From assembly GCA_963726745.1 (NCBI GenBank), contig CAVSDR010000004.1, forward strand, positions 312,687-376,686: a DNA stretch of 64,000 bases, given 5' to 3'. Positions 10,439 to 19,778 of the stretch are shown piece by piece (position 1 is the first letter of the stretch; each line of letters starts with the position of its first letter). A model generated the notes under the pieces. That model saw only the letters and a list, made by a program, of their open reading frames with translations, was not told the origin of the DNA and ran no database searches. A program made the translations under genes and the position numbers. The DNA is from an uncultured Verrucomicrobiae bacterium (GTDB taxonomy: Bacteria; Verrucomicrobiota; Verrucomicrobiia; Chthoniobacterales; UBA10450).

Positions 10439-11705
10439 ATGAAAGCAAACTCCCTCTCGCGGCGCGGTCACATTCTCCGCGCGCGCGGCTTCACCCTGAT
10501 CGAACTCCTGGTGGTGATCGCGATCATCGCCATTCTTATCGGCCTGCTGCTCCCCGCGGTGCAGAAGGTGCGCGAAGCGGCCAATCGCGCGGCCGCAGCA
10601 AACAACCTGCGCTTTATCGCCGCCGCCGAGCGCGCCTACTTCCAGGAGCACGGCGAGTATGCGCGCTCGCTCGAGCAGCTCGGCGTGAGCCAGCAATTCC
10701 CGAACGGAAAGCGCGACGGCTACATGTTCATGTTGGCGCCCAACCGCGAGCTTGGTTTCCAGGCGATCGCGAATCCCGCGGTGCCGGGCATCACTGGCGG
10801 GGCCGATTGCCGGATCGACCAGACGAGCGAGCTCACCTGCGGCCCGAATCCCTCCGCCGACGCCAACCGCCGCGCGATGTTTGCCAACATCCACCGGCGC
10901 GCCGCCGCGACCATGGCCGGGCTGCTTGTGCAAATGCCGGAGTCGCTCCATCGCATCGTGCAGACGCTGCAATCGCGGAAAACTTTTCCCGATGTCTTCG
11001 CGCGACTCGACGCCAACGGCGACCGGCGATTGAGCTTCGCGGAAATGCTTCATCCGCCGAGCGACCCGACCGGCGCGCTGAATGCCCTGCTGCCTTACAT
11101 CGAGCAACAGCTCATGCTCGGCGCCGGCGGCGAGGACACGAACGCGCTCCCGGCGGTGCAATTCCAGGCTTTCGGGAACACCGGTGCCCACGCGCTCCCC
11201 GGTGGACCTGCGCACGGAAGTCGTCGACGGCACCTCGAACACCGTCTTCCTCGCCGGCTCGCAATTGCCCGCGGTGCAGTTAGCCGGTTTCGGCGATGGG
11301 AGCGTGCGCCCGAGCGCCGGCTCGCCGCAGCGCGCAGCCACCGAAGGGCGCGCCGATCCCGAGAGCCAATCGGCGCCCGGCCTGCGCTTCACCGACGCCG
11401 CCTTCGGCGCTCTTCTCGAACAGGTCGTGTGGGGCGATACCGAGACCGCCGGCCGGTTTGGTTCCTTGACTCTGGTTGACCAGGAGGGCAACGGAATCAT
11501 CGCGATCCTCATCGGCCTGCTCCAGCCCGCGAGCACAAAGCAGGGCGCGTCGCTGCAAGGCTTCGCGGTGGTCGGCGACGGCAGCGGCCTGATGGCGGGC
11601 GCGGCCGGGGCGGGCTCGGTCGCGATCGATTGGACGAGGGATTTAGACAGCGGCTTCAACGCCAAGGCCGACTTGCGCGCCTTCGAAATCGATAAAAGTC
11701 GTTAG
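10439..11705 (+). CDS. Prepilin-type N-terminal / DUF1559-related protein, one frameshift near 11175
   Basis: [32 protein letters not shown]; continues in the 11082..11705 frame with DGTSNT and FGDGSVR. Confidence 0.75.
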
Positions 11706-12118
11706 GCTTCCCCAGCACCAGCAGGCGGACGCGGCAGGCAGAAAACCGTGCGCGCCAAGTCGCTGGCTAATTCCTCCGGCGCATACCACCGGAGGAGCAC
11801 ATCCTTGTCGAGCAGGTCGGCATTCGCCGCAATAAAGGCGCCCCAGTTTGGCGCCGGACGCTCGGCCCGGCGCTGCGCGACTAACGAGAGGAAAGCCACC
11901 GTGATCGTCTGGTGGTAGAGCTGCGGTTTCCCTGCCCGGGCCGCGAGGTGTTGCAAGCCGCGCTCGAAGTGCTGGAGCGTCTCGCCAAAGGAAAAGCGCG
12001 CGAGCAACTCGTAGGCAAACCGGAGATGCTCCCGATGCGGGAAATCGGCCGGCGCGATCTCGCCCGCGGCGAAGGCCGCGAGCTCCGCTTCCACTCGCAT
12101 TCCCTCCGTCGTGCTCAT
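11702..12118 (-). CDS. Conserved-looking hypothetical protein
   Basis: FPHREHLRFAY...YHQTITVAF; fills the gap between neighbours and has typical codon usage. Confidence 0.65.
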   Translation of the reverse strand: MSTTEGMRVEAELAAFAAGEIAPADFPHREHLRFAYELLARFSFGETLQHFERGLQHLAARAGKPQLYHQTITVAFLSLVAQRRAERPAPNWGAFIAANADLLDKDVLLRWYAPEELASDLARTVFCLPRPPAGAGEA

Positions 12119-12183
12119 GCGAGGTCGTCGGCTCTTTTTTTGAGATTGCAACTTTGCCCGGACTTTCCAGAGTGCCGCCTCGG

Positions 12184-13065
12184 ATGGAACTCAAGGCCTA
12201 CCTCGCCGCGCGCCAAAAAGAAATCGACCGCGCGCTCGATCGTCTCCTGCCGAAAGCGTCGGCTAAACCCGCGACGATCCACCGGGCGATGCGCTACAGT
12301 TTGTTCGCCGGCGGGAAGCGCCTCCGCCCGATCCTTTGCCTGGCCGCGGCGGAAGCGTGCGGTGGAAAAATCGCGCCCGCGCTGCCGCTGGCCGGCGCGG
12401 TCGAGTGCATCCACACCTACTCGCTGATCCACGACGATCTCCCGAGCATGGACAACGATGATCTCCGCCGCGGCCGCCCGACTTCGCACAAGGTTTACGG
12501 CGAAGGCATCGCAGTCCTCGCGGGCGACGCGCTCCTCACGGCCGCGTTCGAAATGCTGACGCACGCGGACCTGCCGCGGCGTTACCCGATGGCCGCGGTC
12601 GTGCGCGAGCTCGCGCAGGGCGCCGGGAGCCAGCGCTTGATCGCCGGGCAGGTGGCCGACCTCGAGGGCGAAGGGAAAAAGATCAACCGCGCGGGCCTGC
12701 GTTACATTCACGAGAACAAAACCGCCGCGATGCTCGCCACCTCCGTGCGGCTGGGCGCGATGAGCGCCGACGCCAGCGGCCGGCAACTCGCCGCGGTCAC
12801 GAAGTTCGGCAACTCGTTAGGCCTGGCCTTCCAGGTGATCGACGACATTCTCGACGTCACCCAGACGAGCGAGAAGCTCGGCAAAAGCGCCGGTAAAGAT
12901 GTGGCCGCGGCCAAGGCGACCTACCCGGCGATCATCGGACTGCAGAAGTCGCGCAAGGAAGCGCAGCGCCTCACGCAGGAAGCCGATGCCGCGCTCAGCC
13001 CGCTCGGCTCGCGCGCGGAAACGCTGCGCGCGATCGCGCGCCATCTGCTGGATCGGGAGTATTGA
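12184..13065 (+). CDS. ispA: Polyprenyl (farnesyl/geranylgeranyl) diphosphate synthase
   Basis: GGKRLRP, HDDLPSMDNDDLRRG, FQVIDDILD. Confidence 0.9.
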   Translation: MELKAYLAARQKEIDRALDRLLPKASAKPATIHRAMRYSLFAGGKRLRPILCLAAAEACGGKIAPALPLAGAVECIHTYSLIHDDLPSMDNDDLRRGRPTSHKVYGEGIAVLAGDALLTAAFEMLTHADLPRRYPMAAVVRELAQGAGSQRLIAGQVADLEGEGKKINRAGLRYIHENKTAAMLATSVRLGAMSADASGRQLAAVTKFGNSLGLAFQVIDDILDVTQTSEKLGKSAGKDVAAAKATYPAIIGLQKSRKEAQRLTQEADAALSPLGSRAETLRAIARHLLDREY

Positions 13066-13077
13066 TTTCCCGAAACG

Positions 13078-14079
13078 CTAAGCCAGCGCGAGGTTGGGAT
13101 CGATTTCCTCGGCGACGGAATCGGTGGCGCCGTTGAGCAGGCGCCAGCGCGCGGCAAAGGCGATCATCGCGGCGTTATCGGTCGTGAGCGCGCGCGGGGC
13201 GGAGAGGCAACGCAGGCCGGCCGCGGCGCAGGCGCGCTCGAGCTCCGTGCGGAGGTAGTGATTGCAGCTGACGCCGCCGCTCAAGGTCACCAGGTCGCTG
13301 CCTGTTTCCTGCGCGGCGCGGACGGTTTTTTTTACCAGCACTTCCACCACCGCGGCCTGGAAAGAGGCGCAGAGATCGGCCAGCGTCTGCGGTTCGCCTA
13401 ACGAGGGAATCTTCGGCAGGAGATAACGCACCGCCGTTTTCAGTCCGCTGAAGCTGAACTGGTGATCGCGCGAGTCGAGCATGCTTCGCGGGAAGGCGAA
13501 ACGCGCGGGATCGCCGGTGCGCGCCTGCCGCTCGATCTCCGGGCCGCCGGGGTAAGGCAGGCCGAGAAGTTTGGCCACCTTGTCGAAAGCTTCGCCGGCA
13601 GCGTCGTCGAGCGTGCGGCCGAGAATCGCGTAATCGCCGACCGCGCGCACCCGCACCAAGAGCGTGTGCCCGCCGCTCACGACTAACGAGACATTCGGCG
13701 TGATCTCGCTGGCTGTTTCGAAGAACGGGGAAAGCAGGTGGCCTTCGAGATGGTTGATCGCGAGATACGGTTTGCCGGTGCCAAGCGCGAGGCCCTTGGC
13801 GATGGAGGCGCCGATCATGAGCGAGGTCGCGAGGCCCGGTCCGCTGGTCGCGGCAAAGGCATCGATCCCGGCGATGGCGACGCCGGCGGTGGCGAGCGCA
13901 GTCTCAAGCAGGCGCGGCGCGTGCAGGAGATGATTGCGCGACGCGACCTCCGGCACGACGCCGCCGTATTGCTCATGCAGCGCCGTCTGCGACGCGACCT
14001 CGCTCGCGAGCAGCTCGCGGCCGCGCAGGATCGCGACGGCGGTTTCGTCGCAGGAAGTTTCTAGAGCGAGGATTTGCAC
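13078..14079 (-). CDS. tsaD: tRNA threonylcarbamoyltransferase subunit TsaD
   Basis: ILALETSCDET, HLEGH, VSGGHT, DDAAGEAFDK, TDNAAMIA; GTG start at 14079. Confidence 0.95.
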   Translation of the reverse strand: MQILALETSCDETAVAILRGRELLASEVASQTALHEQYGGVVPEVASRNHLLHAPRLLETALATAGVAIAGIDAFAATSGPGLATSLMIGASIAKGLALGTGKPYLAINHLEGHLLSPFFETASEITPNVSLVVSGGHTLLVRVRAVGDYAILGRTLDDAAGEAFDKVAKLLGLPYPGGPEIERQARTGDPARFAFPRSMLDSRDHQFSFSGLKTAVRYLLPKIPSLGEPQTLADLCASFQAAVVEVLVKKTVRAAQETGSDLVTLSGGVSCNHYLRTELERACAAAGLRCLSAPRALTTDNAAMIAFAARWRLLNGATDSVAEEIDPNLALA

Positions 14080-14144
14080 CGCAGAAGCGCGGAGAGCGCA
14101 GAGAAGGAATGAAAAATACTCAGCGTCCTCGGCGTCTCTGCGGT
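14078..14144. repeat. Imperfect palindromic element with ~9-bp internal periodicity (REP/MITE-like)
   Basis: ACCGCAGAAGCGCGGAGAGCGCAGAG versus reverse complement of 14119-14144, 20/26 identical. Confidence 0.6.
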
Positions 14145-14147
14145 TAA

Positions 14148-15452
14148 CTACTTCTTCACCGAGTCGACCTTTGGTCCCGCTTCCTGGGCGTAGATCATGA
14201 CGCCTTTGAGCGCGTCGATTGCGCGGAGCATTTGCGTGTCCTTCGACTTGATCAGGTCCTTTTCGTCCTCCGGCTTGAGGGAATCGCTGCTGCGGGCGGT
14301 GAAGAGCGCGCGTTCCTGCTCGCTCGTGAGCGGGACGCGGATGTTCGGCGTGACGCCGTTCGCATGGATGACCTGCTTGCTGGGAGTGTAATATTTCGCG
14401 GTGGTGAAGCGGAGCGCGGAGCCATCGGGCAGCTGCATGACGTTTTGCACCGAGCCTTTGCCGAAGGTGGTTTCGCCGACGACGATCGCGCGCTTCAAGT
14501 CCTTGAGCGCGCCGGCCACGATCTCTGCGCCGCTGGCGCTGCCTTCGTTCACCAGCACGGTCATGGGAAAGCGCGGCCGCGCCTTGCCCGCGCCGCTGGT
14601 GGCATACTCCGTCTGCTGCGAGGGCACGCGGCCTTGCGTGGAGACGACCTTGGTGCCGGACGGGAGAAATTGTCCGCAAACATCGACCGCGCTGTTGAGC
14701 AAGCCGCCGGGATTATTTCGCAGGTCGAGCACGAGCGCCTGCATCCCCTGCTTCTGCAATTCGTCGAGGGTCTTCCCGAGTTCCTCCGCGGTCGGCTCGT
14801 TGAACTGGATCAAGCGCACGTAGCCGATCTTGAAGTTGCCGGTTAATTCCGGGTCGAGCAGGCGTCCGCCCTTGACGCTCTGAACCTTAATCTCCGCCCG
14901 CTCCAGGGCGTAATCCTTGATCTCCTTGGTCGCCGGCCGGAGGACGGTGAGGGTAACTTTCTGGCCGGGGTTTCCGCGGAGCACGGTGACCGCATCTTGT
15001 AGTTCCATCTTCTCGGTCGAGTTCCCGTTGATCCGCAGAATCTGGTCGCCCGAGAGAATCCCGGCCTTGGCCGCGGGCGTGTCTTCCATCGGGGTGATCA
15101 CCGTGAGCATGCCGTTCTTAACCGAGACTTCGATCCCGAGACCGTTGAAGCGGCTGCGGGTGTCGTCCTGCATGTCCTTGAAGTCATCCGGGTCCATGAA
15201 CTGCGAATGCGGATCGAGCGAGGCGAGCATGCCCTTCATGGCTGCGTAGATCAGGTCGTGGTAGCTGGTCTTTTTGCTGTCGACGTAATCCTGCCGGATG
15301 AGCTGGACCGCGCGGGCGAAGACAGAGATCTGCGCATAACCGGTATCTTCCTCGGTCTCGGCCGCGCGCAGCGAAAAGAAGCGGAAGCCGAGCAGCCCGA
15401 CGAGAAAGAGCAGGCAGGCGCAGGTGCTGAAGAAGAGGCGACGTTGCATCAT
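14148..15452 (-). CDS. S41 family carboxyl-terminal processing protease (PDZ + S41)
   Basis: LDPHS, GLGIEV, LDLRNNPGG, SASGAEI, TFGKGSVQ. Confidence 0.92.
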   Translation of the reverse strand: MMQRRLFFSTCACLLFLVGLLGFRFFSLRAAETEEDTGYAQISVFARAVQLIRQDYVDSKKTSYHDLIYAAMKGMLASLDPHSQFMDPDDFKDMQDDTRSRFNGLGIEVSVKNGMLTVITPMEDTPAAKAGILSGDQILRINGNSTEKMELQDAVTVLRGNPGQKVTLTVLRPATKEIKDYALERAEIKVQSVKGGRLLDPELTGNFKIGYVRLIQFNEPTAEELGKTLDELQKQGMQALVLDLRNNPGGLLNSAVDVCGQFLPSGTKVVSTQGRVPSQQTEYATSGAGKARPRFPMTVLVNEGSASGAEIVAGALKDLKRAIVVGETTFGKGSVQNVMQLPDGSALRFTTAKYYTPSKQVIHANGVTPNIRVPLTSEQERALFTARSSDSLKPEDEKDLIKSKDTQMLRAIDALKGVMIYAQEAGPKVDSVKK

Positions 15453-15560
15453 GGGGAAGGGTGAAACACCGCCGGAGATACTCCGGCATCGAGAAATTTT
15501 TGGCAACGTGCAAACCGTGGCTAAAGTTCGCCCCCGCGCCCGGCGCGCGCGCAAATTTCC

Positions 15561-17357
15561 ATGAAACGACTCCTTCTGCTCCTGTCGCTCGCGCTTGCCG
15601 TGACCACTTTCGCCGCCAAACCCACGCCCACGCCGAAGCCCACCCCGACCCCGGCGCCGCTGACCCCGGACGCCGAATTCGAGAAGGTCGCGGAGGAATA
15701 CATCAAAGGCTGGCTGGGGGCGCATCCGCTCACCGCGACCTCGCTCGGCTTCCATGAATACGACGGCCGAATCAACGATTTCACCCGCCTGGCGATCGAC
15801 GCCGAACAGGCGCGCTTGAAGCGTTTCGAGAAAAAGCTGGTGGAGACGGACGCGAGCAAGCTGAGCGCGCGCAACCACATCGACCTGCGGATTCTGCTCG
15901 CGGCCATCCGGAAGGATTTGTTCGAGCTTCAGGAGATGGGCGCGTTTGAGCTGAACCCCATGACCTACGCGCAGGCGATCGATGTGAACGTCTACATCAA
16001 GCGGAAGTTTGCCCCGCTGGAAGAGCGTCTGCGCCACATCATCGCGATCCAAAACCAGACGCCGAACGTGATCATCGCGGCCAAGACCAACCTCGCTCCG
16101 GTGTTGCCGAAACCTTACGTGGAGTTGGCGATCGAGATCGCGCGCGGCCAGGCCGAGTTCATGAAGAAGGATTTGGTCGAGGCGCTCAAGGAAGTAAAAG
16201 ACGAGAAGCTTCAAACCAGCTTCGCAATGTCCAATCGCAAGGCCTCGATGGCGCTGCTGGATTTCGCAAACTGGCTCGAGAAAGAGAAGCTGTCCAAGGC
16301 GAGCGCGCCCTGGGCGCTGGGCGCGGAGAAATTCCAGCGCCTCCTCGCGCAAACCGAGCTGGTCGATCTGCCCCCGGAGAAGCTGCTCGCGCTCGGGCTC
16401 GAGGAATTGAAGCGCGAGCAAGCCGCCTTCGCCGAAGCGGCGCGCATCATCGACCCGGAAAAGCCGCCGATCGAAGTCTTCAAGGAAATCCAAAAAGAAC
16501 ATCCGACAGCCGACAAGCTCATCGCCGAGACGGCCAAAAACCTCGAAGCCATCCGGCAATTTGTCGCCGACCGCGACCTGGTGAGCTTGCCGTCTAAAGT
16601 GCGCGCGGAGGTCAAGGAGACGCCGCAGTTTGCCCGCGCCACTTCCTTCGCCTCAATGGACACGCCCGGGCCGTTCGAGAAGAAGGCCACGGAAGCATAT
16701 TACTACGTCACCCCGGTGGAGCCGGAGTGGAGCGACACGCAAAAGGAAGAGTGGCTCACTGCCTTCAATTACTACACCACCGACGATGTCTCGATCCACG
16801 AGTGCTACCCCGGGCATTACACGCAATTCCTTCATCTCAACGCCTCCTCGGCAACGAAGCTGGAGAAGATTTTCGGGAGCTACGCCTTCATCGAAGGCTG
16901 GGCGCATTACGCGGAGAAGATGATGCTCGACGAAGGTTTTGGCCGGAGCAAAGCGGAGAATCCGAGCGAGGAGGAGATCAAGAAAGCGGCCAAGTATCGG
17001 CTGGCGCAATCCGACGAAGCGCTCCTGCGGCTTTGCCGGCTGTGCGTCTCGATCATGATGCACACCGAGGGGATGACGGTGGAGGACGGGGCAAAATTCT
17101 TCCAGGCAAACTGTTACTACGAAGCGAAGCCCTCGATGTCGGAAGCGATGCGCGGGACCTTCGATCCGGGCTACCTAAACTACACGTTAGGCAAGCTCCA
17201 GCTCCTGAAGCTGCGCGAAGATTACAAAACGCAGGAAGGCGAGAAATATTCGCTCAAGAAATTTCACGATGAAGCTCTCGACCACGGGATGCCGCCGATC
17301 CGTCTCCTGCGCGAGATTCTGCTGAAGGACGAGGCGCTTTGGGACCAGGTGCTCTAG
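15561..17357 (+). CDS. DUF885 family protein (paralogue 2)
   Basis: HECYPGHYTQ, EGWAHYAE, YTLGK, KKFHD. Confidence 0.85.
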   Translation: MKRLLLLLSLALAVTTFAAKPTPTPKPTPTPAPLTPDAEFEKVAEEYIKGWLGAHPLTATSLGFHEYDGRINDFTRLAIDAEQARLKRFEKKLVETDASKLSARNHIDLRILLAAIRKDLFELQEMGAFELNPMTYAQAIDVNVYIKRKFAPLEERLRHIIAIQNQTPNVIIAAKTNLAPVLPKPYVELAIEIARGQAEFMKKDLVEALKEVKDEKLQTSFAMSNRKASMALLDFANWLEKEKLSKASAPWALGAEKFQRLLAQTELVDLPPEKLLALGLEELKREQAAFAEAARIIDPEKPPIEVFKEIQKEHPTADKLIAETAKNLEAIRQFVADRDLVSLPSKVRAEVKETPQFARATSFASMDTPGPFEKKATEAYYYVTPVEPEWSDTQKEEWLTAFNYYTTDDVSIHECYPGHYTQFLHLNASSATKLEKIFGSYAFIEGWAHYAEKMMLDEGFGRSKAENPSEEEIKKAAKYRLAQSDEALLRLCRLCVSIMMHTEGMTVEDGAKFFQANCYYEAKPSMSEAMRGTFDPGYLNYTLGKLQLLKLREDYKTQEGEKYSLKKFHDEALDHGMPPIRLLREILLKDEALWDQVL

Positions 17358-18322
17358 CTCCCGGCGCGGAGGGTAAAAAGCGTGATCTCCGGCGGGCAAT
17401 TGAGCCGCACCGGGAAGAGGCTGAAGCCGATCCCGCGGTTGATGTAAAGGCGGTTGCCCACCTGCTCGTAATCGTGGATCCAGCCGTCGACGCCGAGCTC
17501 ATTGTCATCCACCCAATTCCAGATCGACCAGCGCGGAAAGAACGGGATCTGCATTTGCCCGCCATGCGTGTGGCCGGCCAGGATCAGTGGCCCCGCGCCC
17601 GGCGGCACGTGCGGGGCGCTCGCCGGATTATGCAGCAAGATCAACCGCGCCGCGTCGCCCGGCACGCCGCGTAGCGCCGCGGCGACGTCGTCGCGTTTCG
17701 CCATATAGGAATCGACGCCCACGAGGTACAGCCGCGCCTCGTCCTCGCCGCCGCCGCCGCCAAGTGAGAGCGGGACGAAGTCGTTCCGCAGCACGCGCAC
17801 GCCCACGCTTTCCAAACCGGACGCCACGCGGTTAGCCAGCGCTTCCAGCGCCGGCGTTCGCCCGCTTTTGATCCCGTAGTCGTGATTCCCCAGGACCGCA
17901 TAGGTCGGGATGTTCGCGTGCCGCAACGGGCGGAGGAGATCGGTCACATGGCGCACTTCCTCGAGCGTCTCGGCCTTGAACTCCGCCGGCTCGTGCTCTT
18001 CGCGCACTTCCTCCGGCTCGTCCTCCAGCGGATGGTAAATGAAATCGCCGGCGATCAAGACTGCGTCCGGTTTCAATTCCACCAGGCGGGCCACCACGCG
18101 CCGGATGGTGTCCGTATTCCCCAGCCACATGCCGACCTGGAGATCGGCGATGAGCGCGATCTCCTTTCCCTCCCAAGCCGCCGGCAATTTAGGCAGCGAG
18201 ACGGTCTCGCGCCGGAGCGTGTAGAGACGCGGCTCAATCCCGACGCCCCAGATCAGGAGGAGCAGCACCAGAACGAGGAGCGCGAGCGCGATTCGCCCGA
18301 GCCAAAGTGCTGTCCGTTTCAT
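17354..18322 (-). CDS. Calcineurin-like metallophosphoesterase with N-terminal TM
   Basis: ADLQ, GDFI, GNHD, HNP, GHTHGGQ. Confidence 0.85.
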   Translation of the reverse strand: MKRTALWLGRIALALLVLVLLLLIWGVGIEPRLYTLRRETVSLPKLPAAWEGKEIALIADLQVGMWLGNTDTIRRVVARLVELKPDAVLIAGDFIYHPLEDEPEEVREEHEPAEFKAETLEEVRHVTDLLRPLRHANIPTYAVLGNHDYGIKSGRTPALEALANRVASGLESVGVRVLRNDFVPLSLGGGGGEDEARLYLVGVDSYMAKRDDVAAALRGVPGDAARLILLHNPASAPHVPPGAGPLILAGHTHGGQMQIPFFPRWSIWNWVDDNELGVDGWIHDYEQVGNRLYINRGIGFSLFPVRLNCPPEITLFTLRAGS

Positions 18323-18364
18323 GCCTAAGTGTCGTCCAATCCCCTGTTTACTGGCGTATCCTAG

Positions 18365-18664
18365 ATGATGAATGCCACCAGACAAACGCTCGATCGCTGG
18401 AACGATGATGTCTTCAATCGCGAGAACGCCTGGACTGTTTTCGCCTTCCTCGCCGCCGTCGCCGGCGCCTCTCTCGGCCGCAAACTGATGAGGACTGGCT
18501 GGCAAAAGTCCACCGGGCGCTCCGCGCCGATGAATCCCGACGCGGACGACGCCAGCTGGCCCGAGGCGCTCAGTTGGGGCATCGCCACGGGCGCGCTCGT
18601 CGGCATCCTGCGCATGTTCTCCCGGCGCGGCGCCAGCGCGGCCTGGAAAAACTGGATTCGTTAG
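18365..18664 (+). CDS. Small membrane protein, DUF4235-like
   Basis: GWQKSTGRSAP..NP...SWPEALSW pattern between two hydrophobic helices. Confidence 0.7.
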   Translation: MMNATRQTLDRWNDDVFNRENAWTVFAFLAAVAGASLGRKLMRTGWQKSTGRSAPMNPDADDASWPEALSWGIATGALVGILRMFSRRGASAAWKNWIR

Positions 18665-19767
18665 GCCGCAGCCAGGATCGCCTCGATCTGCTGCAGCTCC
18701 TCGGCGTTGAAGTCGAGTTTCTCGAAAGCGTGCGCGTTCTCTTCCAATTGATCGATATCGGACGCGCCCACGAGCGCGCTGGTTACTCCCGGGTTGCGCA
18801 ACGTCCAAGCGATCGCCATCTGTGGGAGCGTTTGCCCACGACTTTGCGCGAGCTCGTTCAATTGTCGCGTCCGCGTGCGCATCGTGTCGGTGATTTTCGC
18901 CCGCTGCTCCGGCGACCAGCGCTTGGCCGCGCGCGAGCCTTCGGGAATTTCCTCGAGATATTTCGTGCTTAACATCCCCTGCGCGAGCACGGAGAAAGCG
19001 ACCACGCCGAGCCCGTGCTCCCGGGCCACAGGCAGGAGATCGTTTTCGATTCCGCGCGTGAGCAGGTTGTAACGCACCTGGTTGACGATCAAGGGTGCGA
19101 GATTCTGCTCGCGCACGATCCGGCAAGCCTCTGCCACCTGCGCGCCGCTGTAATTACTCAGCCCCACGTAGAGTGCCTTCCCTTGCCGCACGATCTGGTC
19201 GAGCGCGCGCAGCGTTTCCTCCAGCGGCGTCACCGGGTCGGGCCGGTGCGAATAGAAAATGTCCACGTGCTCCAGGCCCAGGCGCTGGAGCGATTGGTCG
19301 ATGCTCGCGAGGAGCGACTTCCGCGAGCTGTTGTCGCCGTAAGGCCCAGGCCACATGACGAAGCCCGCCTTGGTCGCGACGATCATTTCCTCGCGCGGCA
19401 TTTCCCGCAGGCTCCGGCCGACGATGATCTCCGCGCGCCCCGGCGGCGTGCCGTAATTGTTCGCCAGGTCGAAGTAGGTAATCCCGAGATTGAAGGCGCG
19501 AAAGATGCAACCGCGCGCCTGCTCCGGGCCCACGTAACCGCCGAAGGTTTCCCAAGCGCCTAACGAAATAGCCGGCAACTTCAGCCCGCTGCGCCCGCAG
19601 GTGCGGTAGGGCATTTTCTCATAACGCGCCGGGTCGGCCTGGAATTGGTGCCAGCTCAACCGGTCGCGCTGGACCGGGCGGCCAGTCGGTTTCCCGGGCG
19701 CCGGCGTGCTGCGGAGGACCGGCTTGATCCCGGGTGGAGTGCGCTTGTGGAATTCGGGCTGGCTCAT
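18661..19767 (-). CDS. Aldo/keto reductase (YghZ/Gpr-like)
   Basis: GRSGLKLPAISLG, FDLANNYG, DIFYSHRPD. Confidence 0.88.
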   Translation of the reverse strand: MSQPEFHKRTPPGIKPVLRSTPAPGKPTGRPVQRDRLSWHQFQADPARYEKMPYRTCGRSGLKLPAISLGAWETFGGYVGPEQARGCIFRAFNLGITYFDLANNYGTPPGRAEIIVGRSLREMPREEMIVATKAGFVMWPGPYGDNSSRKSLLASIDQSLQRLGLEHVDIFYSHRPDPVTPLEETLRALDQIVRQGKALYVGLSNYSGAQVAEACRIVREQNLAPLIVNQVRYNLLTRGIENDLLPVAREHGLGVVAFSVLAQGMLSTKYLEEIPEGSRAAKRWSPEQRAKITDTMRTRTRQLNELAQSRGQTLPQMAIAWTLRNPGVTSALVGASDIDQLEENAHAFEKLDFNAEELQQIEAILAAA

Positions 19768-19778
19768 GAAAGGATTCG

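Noticed and set aside
15619..15668. Short tandem repeats such as PTPTPKPTPTP
   Set aside because: Ordinary Pro/Thr linker coding sequence after a signal peptide.
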